DNA of 64,000 bases from Balanoglossus misakiensis (taxonomy: Eukaryota; Animalia; Hemichordata), in assembly GCA_040954595.2 (NCBI GenBank), contig CM082578.2, forward strand, positions 10,485,166 to 10,549,165. Direction: 5' to 3'. The translations under genes and the position numbers were made by a program. Position 1 is the stretch's first letter; the number at the start of each line of letters is the position of its first letter. Below the pieces are notes generated by a model that was not told the DNA's origin, did no database searches, and worked only from the letters and a program-made list of their open reading frames with translations. Positions 16,207 to 29,600 of the stretch are shown piece after piece.

Positions 16207-17673
16207 ACAACCTTTTCGTTGTATAGGTAGATCGGTTGCAACTGTCGGCACCAGCGATCAGAAATTTTTAGTTCTAGACTGGATACGATCATACGGTACA
16301 CTTTGCACTTATCGAGTTTGTACAGCTGAGTGCGGTGTTGTTGTCGAAGAATGGGCGTCGGCGTTGTCTTGAAAGATGTGGTGGGTGCGATCGACTGAAT
16401 CGGTCAGTCATGACACCAACATGATTTCGCAAACGGGCCAATAGTACCTGTCAGTACTTGGTCAATGTTCAACTAAACTCCGATGTTTGTCAACCCGTCG
16501 GTGAAGTGGGAGGGGGGGGGGGCGTTCGCGTTACGAGGGACGCGCTCCGGTTGGGGGGGGGGGGGCGTCCTTATGTGTGCGATCGTCAGTGTTGTGTGTG
16601 AAAATTTACTGAAACTGAATAGTGTAATGGTATATCCTCTATGGCATACCAATGTACAAGTTTTAAAGGTGTCAACCACCTACCAAGTTACACCTAATTC
16701 GAATGTTTTGTCTGAACACAGTTCTTCTACACTAGTGTCTTGGTGTTGAGGATCTGGGTGGTTGAAACCGTCCACTGTACTGCTTGCCCTGCTGGCCCTG
16801 TGCAACTATACTAACTATTTTTAGCCGTGACCGGAGTTTCAGTTTTACCAATAACTTTACTCATCACTTTTAAAAAATACCACTTTTTAATAAAAGTGTA
16901 ACTCACAAGGGAGGCAAGTTGTGGTCATATCTAAGAAAATATTTTCAGATCAGTGTGGGTATGTAGAAGTGATACTGAATTTAATTAAAATCAATTCAGG
17001 TTGTGAAGTGTTTGCATTGTACTATTAGGGCTCAATTAGCTGTAACTTTTTGACCAATTCCCCCCCCCCCCAGTAATTTTGTTTAATACATTAACACCAT
17101 TTTTATGTTTGAATTCCCATAGTGTGATGAACTGCTCAGTTTTTGGTTTATCAACACAGCTTGCATGAGTACAGTCTTCATTGTTATTGTTGAAAGCTGA
17201 ATTCAAGCCTAGACTTTGGTCTCCCTTTGCTGTGTATACACTGTGTATGAGAGAAGTAAGTAGTCGTTAATGCATTATCTCAGATCTACGTTCATATATT
17301 ATGTGCACTGCAGTACATGCTGTAGTAAATCCGTTGTGGGCGTGTCGTGCTCATCCATTCATAAAGTGGTCCAGTACAGCTTTATTTTTCTCATACTCAG
17401 ATGCCATTACCAAGCATATACTCAGAGTTGCCATTTCACGGCAAATTACACCCCACTATCATGTCTGCACTGAGTTTGAAGTGACTCATCCTCCAGACGT
17501 ACAATTTGAATGCAGTCAGCACTCTCACAGCCATATATCATCTCTGGTTCTTTTGCAGATACTTAAAAAATATTGTTTCTTCTTTGCCATAATTGGGATG
17601 TTGGAAGTGATGTCAGCGCCTCCTCTCAGATAGCAATAACATATACGCTGCAGTTTGTCTTTAGGTGCGCAAA

Positions 17674-20600
17674 ATGGTGGCTGCATCATCGTCGTCATCG
17701 CTCCGAGTTTTGATTAACGTTGTCTTTGCTTTGCTGGCACTGAATGCGAGAGTTTCTAGTGGACAGAATCCCACCTACGTGCCTGACTACGGCGTGGATA
17801 ATTTCACTTCGCCAGAAGGATGGGAGTTCCAACATCTGGCCGTGCATCGCGCCAACGGTCAAGTTTACATCGGTGCTACGAACTACATCTATCATCTGAC
17901 GCCCAACTTGGAGCTGAAGCTGGAGCACGTGGCGGGGCCGGCCATCGACAATCCACGGTGCCTTCCGGAAACCGACTGCGACTACTACAAGGGGCAGGTC
18001 GACAACGTGAACAAGGTGCTGGTGATCGACTACGACATGAACAAGTTGATCGCGTGCGGAGACGCCCTGCAGGGCACCTGCCAGCTCCACGGGCTGAGCA
18101 AAATCTCGCCGGCGGAGGGGCGGGTGTTCGACGAGAGCAACATCGAGAACGACTTCGTGGCGTCTACGGGATCCACGGTGGCGTTCATGGCGCCAGCGCC
18201 GCCAGACGGCTCGCTGGCCCTCTACGTCGGCGCCACTTTCAACGACGACATCGGGAGGCCGCGCAGCCTCGCGACGCAGTACTCAGTCTCGTCCAAACGG
18301 GTGGAATATGTGTTCGGCCAGTGGGCTTTCCAGTTGGCATTCAGTGATGATCTCGGACGCCATACCTACCTGGATGTGAAACAGAGTTTCAAAGAGAGAT
18401 ATAAAATCGATTACGTGTACGGGTTTACGAGCGGTGGCTTTAGTTATTTCGTCACCGTGCAGAGAAAAGACGTCGATGAATCAGTTTACCAAAGTAGACT
18501 GGTTCGCATTTGCAACGAGGACAAAGGTGAGTCGTTCAATTTATTCCCTCGCCTTTTCTTGGAACAAGGCGCGAGAATAGTTCAAAACGAGGCTGAGGGT
18601 GAACAACGCATGGCTGGTTGTTCGCTGAGTGATAGTGAACGCAGCTTGGACCACAGGTGTATGGATAATAATAAACTTATCAGTCATCGAACGCGTACTC
18701 TCAGTCTGTGTGCACAGTACATGCTCATCCTCAGCCTCGTTTTCGTATGTCTCGTGAGAATCTCGAAACTCGAGTATTGTGTTCCTGGCAGTTCTTTCCT
18801 TGGCTTCTTCACTCCTCAAATAATAATTCAACTTTATCTTCAGTAAATAAACAGGGAAATAAGACTCACTCATTTCCACGTGATAAAGTATTTCTTTATT
18901 TAGCCATAAAATATATTATAATTCAGTAATTATAGAGCAGGTTTCGTCATGTGAAGACAGTGTTGATCTAGTGAATGAGACATACCAAATGAGTATGTAG
19001 GACCATTTATGAACATACTGTAATAGTCTGATGTAATGGCGCTGGTTTTAACACTTTCCAAGTAACTGGTATGCGCCACTACCTGAGAAAGGTGACCTGT
19101 TCTGGTAAGATCAGGAAGAAATTCTGCTGACAGTTGCCAGAAATTGTGGTAACAATGACTATTAATCACTTCCTGAACTACCTGTATTAGGCTTACGCAC
19201 TTACTGCAATGAAGGTCATCACTTTCCAAGTATTACCCTACCTGTTTCCTTGTCAAATCACAGTGCAATCAAAACAATGGTGGGAAGTTTGACTTGTGGT
19301 TTTTGTTGACGACTCCATATGGATTTCTGCGTATTTGTTACAAGTAATCCTATAAAACAGGAATGAGTTATGTCATGATTGTTTTCGAAACACACCAACA
19401 AGAAAAACAAACACACCAACAAGACTGTACAGGACGTGTGGTGGATCGACTTGAATTTGTCTGGTTTCATGACCTTGTTTTCTTTCCTTGTGACTATACA
19501 TAAACTGACCATACTTTGAACCTTGCTGAAAATACTGGTAAATACCAGTTTATCCATTGAGGTGGACACTTGAGAGAAGGGCAAGAGAAAGCAGCCAGCA
19601 CAACATATTTCAGTTAGCAGAATGACATAAATAACCCTTCCAGCAGAAAATAACCAAAATAATAGTAATACATTTAAATAAAGTGACTTTTGTTCTTTTA
19701 ACTGGTACAATCAATAGGTTTTTCCCACAGTACAACTGCAACCTTGTACAATATCTCATTGTGTAGTCAGAACTAAAGATACTATCATAGACAGGAACCA
19801 TATCCAGTACAGTCAAGTCTTTGTAGATAATCTTTCAGTTCCAAATGAATGAACTTTTGCTGTGCCCTGAATATTAACATGTGACTTATATACAGCTTCC
19901 TGTCGGTAGAATTAATTTGGACAAGTGAAAGGTCTAGAGTCAACTTGGTTTGAGATGTATTTGACTGTGGTTAAAAATCTGCATCTTCTTGAGTTGGACG
20001 TTGATTTTGGCTTGTTTCCATGACACCCTGTTCGCACACAATCAGATGACATGTGATGGAACCAGTGCACTCATGTGACAAAATCGATCTTTCACTTTCA
20101 GAGAGGAAATTGAGACAATACACGCGTTAACCATCCTTCTTTCTGTTGTAGGATTTGCAGTATTCGTAACCTTAGAAGGACTGATCTTAATTTCCGCATT
20201 GTCCAAGAAAGTTGTGAAGCTGTATTAAAAGGCAATGTGAGAGTGGGTGTGTCACTGTTGTGGACTTAAACTGTCTGGGTCGTTTCTCTTGGGATCTTTG
20301 TTGTCAGTGACCAGCTGGCCAAATTTAGTTAGGCCCTTCCTCAGTCTGACTAAAATCAGATGTATAGTTGGCTCGGTCTTGACATTTGCTGTTCTGTTCT
20401 TGAAAGTCTACCTCTCTACAGACATCCCGGAACAGAACAGCAAAGACCTGGGAAAAGTAAAGTTCAAGCCAACTCTACATTTGATGTTCATGGCAGCGTT
20501 CATAGAAAATACAGAAAAAAAAGTTGACTACACTAACACACAGGGTCATCGTGGTCATGAAATTTTATGTTTATTTCATAAAGTTATTCCATGCACAAAT

Positions 20601-23600
20601 ATTTCATGTTGAACGCTTTCAAAGTTCACTCAATATGTGTGAAATTTCAGTGGCGGGCATGGTTTTGAATATTTATGAAGGCTGGGAAAATGGTGTACAT
20701 TACTTGTGAAAGCCATGACACAGTTTGAGATATTTAGATAACGATACAGTACATGCATTGAGAAAAGTGAAGCAGTGTTCTTTCATGTCATGTGGCTCAG
20801 TGAAAAGGTGCCTAATGCATAACCTTACACCAAATGGTTACTTAGAATTTTTTAAATTTGTGACAGAAAAAATTGTAATCTATACATTGGTTTGACACCT
20901 TTTAGTATAGATATTTTAAAATAAATTCATTGAATTGCACCAGTAGTAACACATGCTGTGATGATCTTAGAAAGATTACTAGATGCTTTCCCAGTAAAGT
21001 TCCCTCTCTCTATCCCCCTCTTTCTTCTCTCTCCCTCCCTCTCTTGCCCCCCCCCCTCTCTTGCACCCACCATTTTCATGTTTTGCACAAGCTTATTTTC
21101 CTGTTTGCGAAGCTTTGCACACATTTGCGAATTGATTAGTATTACAAATGCTGATTAGAATTAAACTGTCACTCAGAAAGTCACCCAAGATCAGCTGTAA
21201 TTTGACATTTTCTTCAGATTTTTAATTTGAGAAAGTAGCCTTTCTTGCGAGCAGACTGGTTTTATCGCCATGAGTCTCACAGATCACTAGTTTTATGAGA
21301 AAGCGAAAATCTGCCGGATGGAATTGGAATATTCTTGAAAGTAATGTACAGCTAGGCTTATGTGTTGAATAATTTCACCGAGTCTGAGGGGCATTTTTCT
21401 ATCCAAAAAATTGGTTTCTTTAACATAGAAAATGTAAAGACCACATTTGGGGAATGTTTTTAGAGTTCATTTTTTGTCAATCTGCCACAAGGATTTTCAT
21501 AGCCTCAGAAAAAATCTAGGCAATGAAATAGGCTGGCAAAATAGCAGTCAACCTTTTAAATATTTTAATCACCATTTTACAGATGGCTGATTGTAATGGC
21601 TAGCAATAATACTGTTAGCGACCCATAACACAATCAGTGCTCACAAGCAGCCAATCATGCACTTTGTGCAAAATCTGATACCAGTATAACATTTTTTCAC
21701 ACTTTCATACTTCTAATCTCTGATGGTACTATTCAACCATACTCTACAACCTTAAAATGGATTTGATTTTAATTTTTTTTCTCAATCCACCTAGCGAAAG
21801 TAAAATTTTAGGTTGAATTCTTCTGTGAGGTGTGCGAGCAGCCTGTAGAAATTCCTGTATAGAATACGGTATGGAAACTTGAGTGTAGTGACAGTATTCA
21901 ATTGGTAACATGAGAATGGAGACACGACTACAAAGAAGGTTAAATAGCGGAATGGAAGGACAGGCTATTCTGTTGTTTTTCTGAATTTGATCAGTGAAAC
22001 ATTGTGTGTGTGTGTGCTCTACCCACAAACCCTGTGGGTGTTGTTTTATGAGTAATGTCCAGGTCTATAGAAATCTCTCAGGTGTTTTGCTAGCCGTAAC
22101 ATTGCTTAAAAGAAACACAGATGTATCAGATCTGTCTCCAATTCAAATATCGTCATCGCGAGTACAATGTTCTTGCAAAGGACAATGCATGATACTGAGG
22201 TGTAATTCTGAAATGGGGCTTTAATTAATGGCCACGTTTGGACATGTTTGGGCAGATTTTTGTGCATTATGCATGTGGTGGCCAGGTAATACATGTACTG
22301 GTGTATTCATTAGAACTAAACCCTTTGATTAAAAATGTAGTTAGAATTTGTAAAAAAAAATGAAAAGTGAAATTGTAGTAATTCTTAAACCAATAATTTG
22401 ATTAGTGTCTGCTTGTTTAATCTTTTCTTTTTAAAATGCCCAGTGTTTGAATTTAAAACACAGCTCACATAATTATTAGGGGCCAAAGCCTACCGGCCAA
22501 GTTATGAGATTGACCACTGATGATGATGGCTTCTTAGAGTGCGATAGCTATACACCAGGACTGAATAACAATCCGAATAACCTGGAGGGGGGATGTTCAG
22601 GCATTTGTATATAGTTTGGATGTACACATGAAATACAGTGGCGGAGATATAGTGAGAATTTAAATGAGTTAGTCGAGCAAACAAAATGTACTCACAGCTG
22701 TGAAGTGGAAAGTCTATTTGCTCCATTTAGGGTAAAATACCCAAATGATTTACCGCTGGGTGAACTTACTACGGTCTGCAAATGCCCCCATGTGTCAGCA
22801 TGTCTGTGTGAGTTGAATATTGTATTATGCTGAGTGTTTGGCAGTTTGTTGAGTGCAGGGCTGGGTTTGAACTCACAATACGTATCACAGACGGTGTGTT
22901 TGACTATGGAGGAAAATAAAATTACATCTCACCGGTAAAGTCAGGCAAGGTTGATCAAATTGACAAATTGTCTGTCAGTGATTTGCAGCTCTTTTTATTT
23001 ATCACTGCTGAAGGAATTAGGTGTTTGAATGATGCCACCTTCACTTGACTCGCAGTTCAACCTGCTGTGAATATTTTTCACGACTCTCCAGGGCCCAGTA
23101 AAACTAAAACACACAAAATGAATTTTAAGAGGGTGTCTTTTTTACTGACGGGATTAAGGCCGGCCACTTAGCATTCATGGTCTGGGAAGTTGGGGTCTTA
23201 TTGTTTCTGTTGTTTTTAATTGCGTTCATGTGAAAATGGGGGGGGGGGGGGGGGGGGGAGGGGGTTTACTGTGTGATGACACAAATAATTTTTCAATGAA
23301 ATAAATGATGGGGAGATTTTCCACCCTTTTATTCATCTCCACGCACAAACATCATCAATATTGCAGAACTGTCTGAACTTTGAAAAATAATCTGCTTCCC
23401 ATGAACCCCTGCCCTTACTGTTATCCCTACGGTTATAAATACAGCTGTACAATGTTTTCCGGGACACTCAAGCCATCACAATATTTGCACTCCACTCTTT
23501 TCGTGCTAATCCCATTCTGTGGCATCGGCTTGTGTAGTGCACTTGAATTATTCACAAGATTTTAGACGGAATCGTGTCAATCAATTCTATGTATCAATTA

Positions 23601-26600
23601 TACACCTGAACTGCCCTCTATAATGCAAAATCCTTGCTGACATCTACTGAAGTGACTGTGTTGATTCATACCTCGCTGGTTCTGGTTTCTTATTTCAGTG
23701 TTTTGTATGTCAATTGTCAGGTTGATTTCAGACCGTCAGCAAGCACGTTAGCACTGAGAATACTTCAATATAATAAACTCTCATGCTGACTAAGTTTTGA
23801 GATTTACAGAGAATTATGTCCAAAATATAACATATCTGAATCAGGCATCATGTTCTAGTAACTCTTGACCTAATCTGGTTAAAAAACTGGAACTTTTCAG
23901 TGCATGGAAAAGACACTTCCTATCTTCGATCATAAACTGAGGAGTGCCTCCCTGCATGTATATCTGCAATTTTATTTTATTTATCACAGCTCGGCTCTAC
24001 ATCAAGAGTTCCCATGGGTTGTGCCTAGCAACGCACTCATAATATTAAATATGCATGCCAAGAAAAAAAAATGACTGGGCAAGATTAAAAGCCATGATAT
24101 TAAGTTTTATGAAAATAAAACTGTCGGCCAGCCATATAACATGCATGTGTACATCCCAACAGGATTAACTCTTTCGTACAAGAGAAATTGGATGGTGTGG
24201 ATCTCAGTGAACAGAATATTGTGTGCAGCATGGGAATACCTATCAGGGTTTTTCTCTCCCAAGGGCACTGTCATGCCTGGCTGAGTTCATTTGCTAGTGA
24301 CGAGATACATCCACGGTAATGTATTTAGGTGTCAGGATTTTATTGCTGTATAAAATGGTCTGAGCCTCGTAATTTGAAATGAGAAATGGAACACATTTCA
24401 GTTTTCACTGAGGGGTTATTTTGCTTGGACATCGTAACCTAGTAGTTATGAAATGAGATACTAGTAGCTACATGTAGCTTGCTAGATTGAACGTCCCCCC
24501 GGGGTTCTCTAAATGTTGTCTGCCTTGTATAAAAACTTTTCACTCCTAAAAGCCTGAGAGAATTTTCACTGGCAGATCTCTGCACGATCGAGGGTGGCAA
24601 ACTTGCAACTGTGCATTTTGTGACATATTGCAAGAATTCTCTAGTGTGTGTGGAAAGTGTTGGAGTGGATGTGACATCAATTTTCTACCATAGATTCAAA
24701 GTACTCGGACTGCAAAAATTGTCTCCACTCAGACACTGCACTCTTTAGTGCCTTCTACACAAAAATCATCACAATTTCTCAACTGCACTGATGCATACGA
24801 ACTGTCCTTTAACTCCATTAAAAGTGCTCCTCGTGTTAAAAGCTGTCATACCAAATCAGATATCATTTCTGCAGGTCTAATGCGTTCTTGACTTTCCATT
24901 TTTGGCAAATCCTCAAATTTCATCAATAGCTGTAGAATTCATCCATGAGTTTGCACACGAAAGAAACCCCCTTTCCAATTGCCAGTGCCTCTGAAGTTAT
25001 CAGCAAATATTAGGAAAACCAATGCAATTCATCAACTAATAAAAAAAATCCTGACATGATACGCTTATAAAAACCACTATGAGTTATAGGTGCTTGTGAC
25101 ATCATCCTTCATCCTGTTGTCCCGGATCAAGTAGGGAAACCGTGCCACCTGTCTATATCATGCAAGACATACATGTACATCCTATTGTACACATTTGCAG
25201 GTGCCATTAATGTTCGCATTTTCAATTATTAACCCTTTCGGGCCAGATACCCTATATATAGGAGAAATTTGGATACGTTCCCAGACAGCCAGGCTTGAAA
25301 GGGTTAAGTATCTACGGTCCAAAGTAAAGTGTCAGGATGAAATCATAATTACACTTAAAGACTGAATTTTTCATTGCTACAGTTTGATTGATTGCTTTGC
25401 AAGAAGTTGAGAAGATACAACTGTGGATCTTCTGTGCTGCTGCCTTTCTTTACACTAATTACAGTGAAAATGCCTGTATTGATTTTTCCATCTGTTTCTC
25501 AAACACTTTGCCGGCACCTTACAATTCTTTCCTCCCCACAATAAACAAACATACAACCAATGGCAGATATCGCAGTGTGTCAATGTACAATACAATCAAT
25601 ATTGGAACTGGTGAACTATAGTCTATTGTACATGGGCCACTCATACAAACATTGTGAAACAAACAAATAAAACTCTGCTGGGCTGTCCATGAGCTAAGTT
25701 GTAATGAATTTCACGTTTCATTACAATTACAATCTCTGGAATCAATGTTGTTTTATCATCAGACTTATTAAATTAAATTCCATGCTTTATTAATAGGAGA
25801 ATGTTTATTTTACATTGTAATACTGATACAGAGGTTACAGTTCTGTTGGTGGGTCATAGTCAGATAAATATCACATGTAAATGATGTAATAGTCCTTCAA
25901 AAATTGATGGTGATGTATTACAGCCCCTGGGGTGTGATTTCTCAAATGTTCCTGCGACAATGTGTGCTTAGCTTTATGTCCATATATTTGTATGTGGGGA
26001 AATTTTCGCCCCTATCGTTGAAAAGGCATGTGTGAAAGTGTGAAGCACACGCAGACCTTAATGAAGTTATAAAGTTTGCTGAAATAGATACACATAAAGG
26101 CAAATTGACAAGTAAACATTTACGCAGGCCCTGTCAGTGTTTGAGTTAATAATGGAGAACCTGGCTGGTGTTAGTTAATTGTTCTCATCATGGGGAAATC
26201 CTCTTGGCTTCCAGGGAGCCTAGCTTTTACCCTGACACCAAGACATCTATATGAGCTCTTTTGGGATAATTTTCAATTTTTTTTGTGAAAATTCAATTTA
26301 AGAGATGAGCTCAGATCACCAGCAGGAGGAAAAACGGATAGGAGAAAGGACTGAGATAAAATAATTCCCAACCCCGTGCGCTAAATTTGACTTAATCTTG
26401 TCAATCACTGATGCAGCAAATTAAATTAGTCGCAGGCTAATTGTGGAATTTAAAATCACTCCCACGATAATTTTTTACCAGCATGTTATGTATAAAGATC
26501 GGAGCTCTTGTGTCCAATATCACCGGTGAAGTTTGTCGACAGCGTTTATCTGCAGGCAGCGTAATTATTAATTCCCAAAAGCATTACCTCATTATGACCT

Positions 26601-29600
26601 TATTTGATTAAATGGATGCCCGTCCCAGATTTCTTCTTGAAAAATATCTCAGCTGCACACATACCTGCCAGCATTTTGTAAATCTCGATTGAAAATTTAG
26701 ACAGTGTGGCATGTTTTTCTACCCTCTCTCCTGATTTTGACATGATTTGCGAGGATTTGGCTTCATCACAAGTGGTCTACACATTCTGGTTGGCAACTTC
26801 GACGCTGATGGAAAGAGGGCAGTGATCGCTTTAAGACATGTTTGCTCATTAAGAGAGCCGTCCAAATTTCTTTTAAAAAAATCTTGAATTCACCAGGGAC
26901 TTGCCCGGGTGCCGGGGTCATAGTACTGCCATGTGAACTACTGTGTACCGCAATTACAATTTTTTTTTTCTGCATGTGATTTTTGTTACAAAGTGGTAGT
27001 AGAAATTCTACAAATACTCGTGACAATTTGCGAAGACATGAATATCCATGGTTTTTCACTTAAGTTAGCAACCAGATATAATTTATGAGGGAGTAAGGAA
27101 TTGAATACTGGTCAAGTGCAAAAACTATACATAGTGTTCATGGCCTCCACTGTTTCCATGGCCTAGATACCTTCTGAAAGTTTATGATAAAAAAACTGTC
27201 AAATAGTCTCTTGAGTTTTTCACAAAAGAAAGTTAGTTGTACCGTATTTCTTCCCACTGTCATAGGGTCATGGTTGGGTGGGGGTGTTAAGAAAAGGAGT
27301 CGGAAAAATTAATTGGAACTTTTGGTAATTTTTGTTCTTCGACAGAGTTGTTGTCAGCATTTTAGTTCAGGTGTTCCTGACAGTGATGCTGGTAAATCGT
27401 AATGCAGATCATGTTTCAGCAACGCTTTATAGTAGGGAGTAGAACTAATCCTGCAGAATTGCCGATATTCTGAAATACAAAACGATCTGGAAAGGTTACA
27501 CCTATACTTTGCCTTTCATGCGTTTTAATGCAAATTAGATTTTTTTAAGTAACTATTTAGGGTTTCTGTTTCTATGAGTGGAAGCCATTGAATTTGACAA
27601 ACTGTAAAAGATAAAACACTGTAGATTTGTCCAAATGCGAACTCTTCCCTGCGAACTAGACTCGCACACGTCATGCACATTGGAGCCAGCAGTTTATCGA
27701 CAGTGATCGCCCAATTTACTACTCATGCATATTTTAAAAATTACAGTCACCAGGGAAACATAAATCTCAGTGATAGATTTATGTATTTAAATATGTACCC
27801 ACTAGGTGGACTCATTACTATTTGAACACACAGGGAATGCGTTTCTCATCATGCAAAAAAAACGATCTCAGTGTATATTATTAACCTTCAAATTGGTTGA
27901 CATACTGTAAATCGTTCCAATATTGCATTTTGTTTCACGAGAAATTTATTGACTGTGTATCCTTGATGCGCACACTATAATTCAGTTTTGTTTTGAAATA
28001 ATATACAGGCTTATTACGTCAACTGTTGTCAATTTTATTTTTCTATGCCATGAACCTAATTTAATCAAGTCAGTAAATTTAATATATCAACTTGGAGAAA
28101 GTGTACCCCCTAGTTATCTGACAGAATGTCAGTTTGTAGTCATGGACCTTTTAAGTTGTTTGAAACAAATGCATGATTGTGCACCCATAAAATTTTTACA
28201 AATGTTTGGTCAAATCAGTAGAGAAATTTTGTCCAATTTCATCCAAGACTGAAAGGCAATATTTTTTTCAGTCAGGAATTTCTGCAGAAACAAAACGTTT
28301 TAAGGAATTTCAGAAATTATATCTGTAGAAGCTCAAATTCTGAACTGTGGCAGATGCTACTACTTTAAGAATGAGTTGCTTCATTCAAAATTTTACTTTT
28401 GTATGTGTCACTATCTTGCTATCCGAGCTACCCAGATTCCTTTCAAAATGGCTGTATTTTTCGAAACGGGGAAACTAACACTTTTTTTGTTAAAAAAATT
28501 TCTCTGCAGGTTTCTATTCATACACAGAGCTTCCACTGCGATGTACAGACGACATGGGCCAGTACGATTACAACCTCGCGCAGGCAGCGTACGTCAGCAA
28601 AGCGGGCGAGGATCTGGCCGAGTCGCTGAGAATTGGCGCGGCCGACGACATCCTCTTCGTGGTGTTTGCGACAAGCATCGGCAATACGAACAAACCGTCC
28701 AACCAGTCAGCTCTCTGTTTTTATCCTTTGAAGAGAATCACTCGGAAGTTCACCAAAGGTTTGCAGGACTGCTTCGATGGACTCGGAACGCAGGGACTGA
28801 AGTTTTTCTCTGATGACCAGAGTTGTGATATTCTGACTGTAAGTATTATCGGCCTTGCTGGGAATTACTGCTACCTCACCGGCCCGTTTGACCACGTAAA
28901 GTCAAATGGCCATTTTCATGAACCCCTACACGACTTCATGTAACCCTGGTATTTCAATTGATAAGAATCCACCAGATAGAAAATTTTGAGCAAAAATTGT
29001 GATTTTTTCAGAGCAAAATGAAGAAGTTTGAAGCGCACATATACTAAAAAAAAATACCAGAATGAATTTGTGCACGAGAGTCAGAGACAGTTGAAAGAGC
29101 GATAGAATACTATCTAATTTCATTCAAACTAATTGCATTAAACGTCTCTGTCATTATGCGCACACTGTCAGGATGAAATCGCTAACAAGGTAAGAGATTA
29201 ACCTGTAAACTGTGTTGCATAGTTGTGAATTAATTGCTATTGTCTGTATTGGTGTTCGCAAGCTTTCAATGTATGTGTATATTAAACTGCTTGTTTCATT
29301 GTCAGGTGTCAGCTCAGCTGTGATCTGTAATCTACCGTACCTGCGGCTGAACATTATTAATAATTTGATGTTCAGATACATCTGCCCTCTTTAGTGTTTC
29401 GCATTTAAAGTGATCAGGATTGATGAACTTGAAGTCAATATTGCCAGTGCTAGACTTTGTGATATTGCTGAGTTTATCGTATCCCTACTGCTTTGCCAGC
29501 TTGTCTTTGAGTGAGTAACTGAAAGGCAGATGAAACTCTGCAAACTGTTATCTCATTGCAAGTCAGTATCTTTCCCTGGCCATTACAGCAGATTACTTCC

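Noticed and set aside
17665-18846. Stand-alone plexin gene or membrane-anchored short Sema protein from the 393-aa ORF
   Set aside because: Homology stops at the donor AAAG|GTGAGT (18526) and resumes in phase at 28510. The hydrophobic ORF tail is intron read-through. No plexin GAP exons were found.
22855-22885. B-box-like GGGTTTGAACTCAC suggesting a tRNA or SINE
   Set aside because: No cloverleaf or A-box could be built; at most a decayed SINE fragment.
18930-28400. Short ORFs in the 10-kb intron as nested genes or transposases
   Set aside because: AT-rich, low-complexity translations with no recognisable domain or coding bias.
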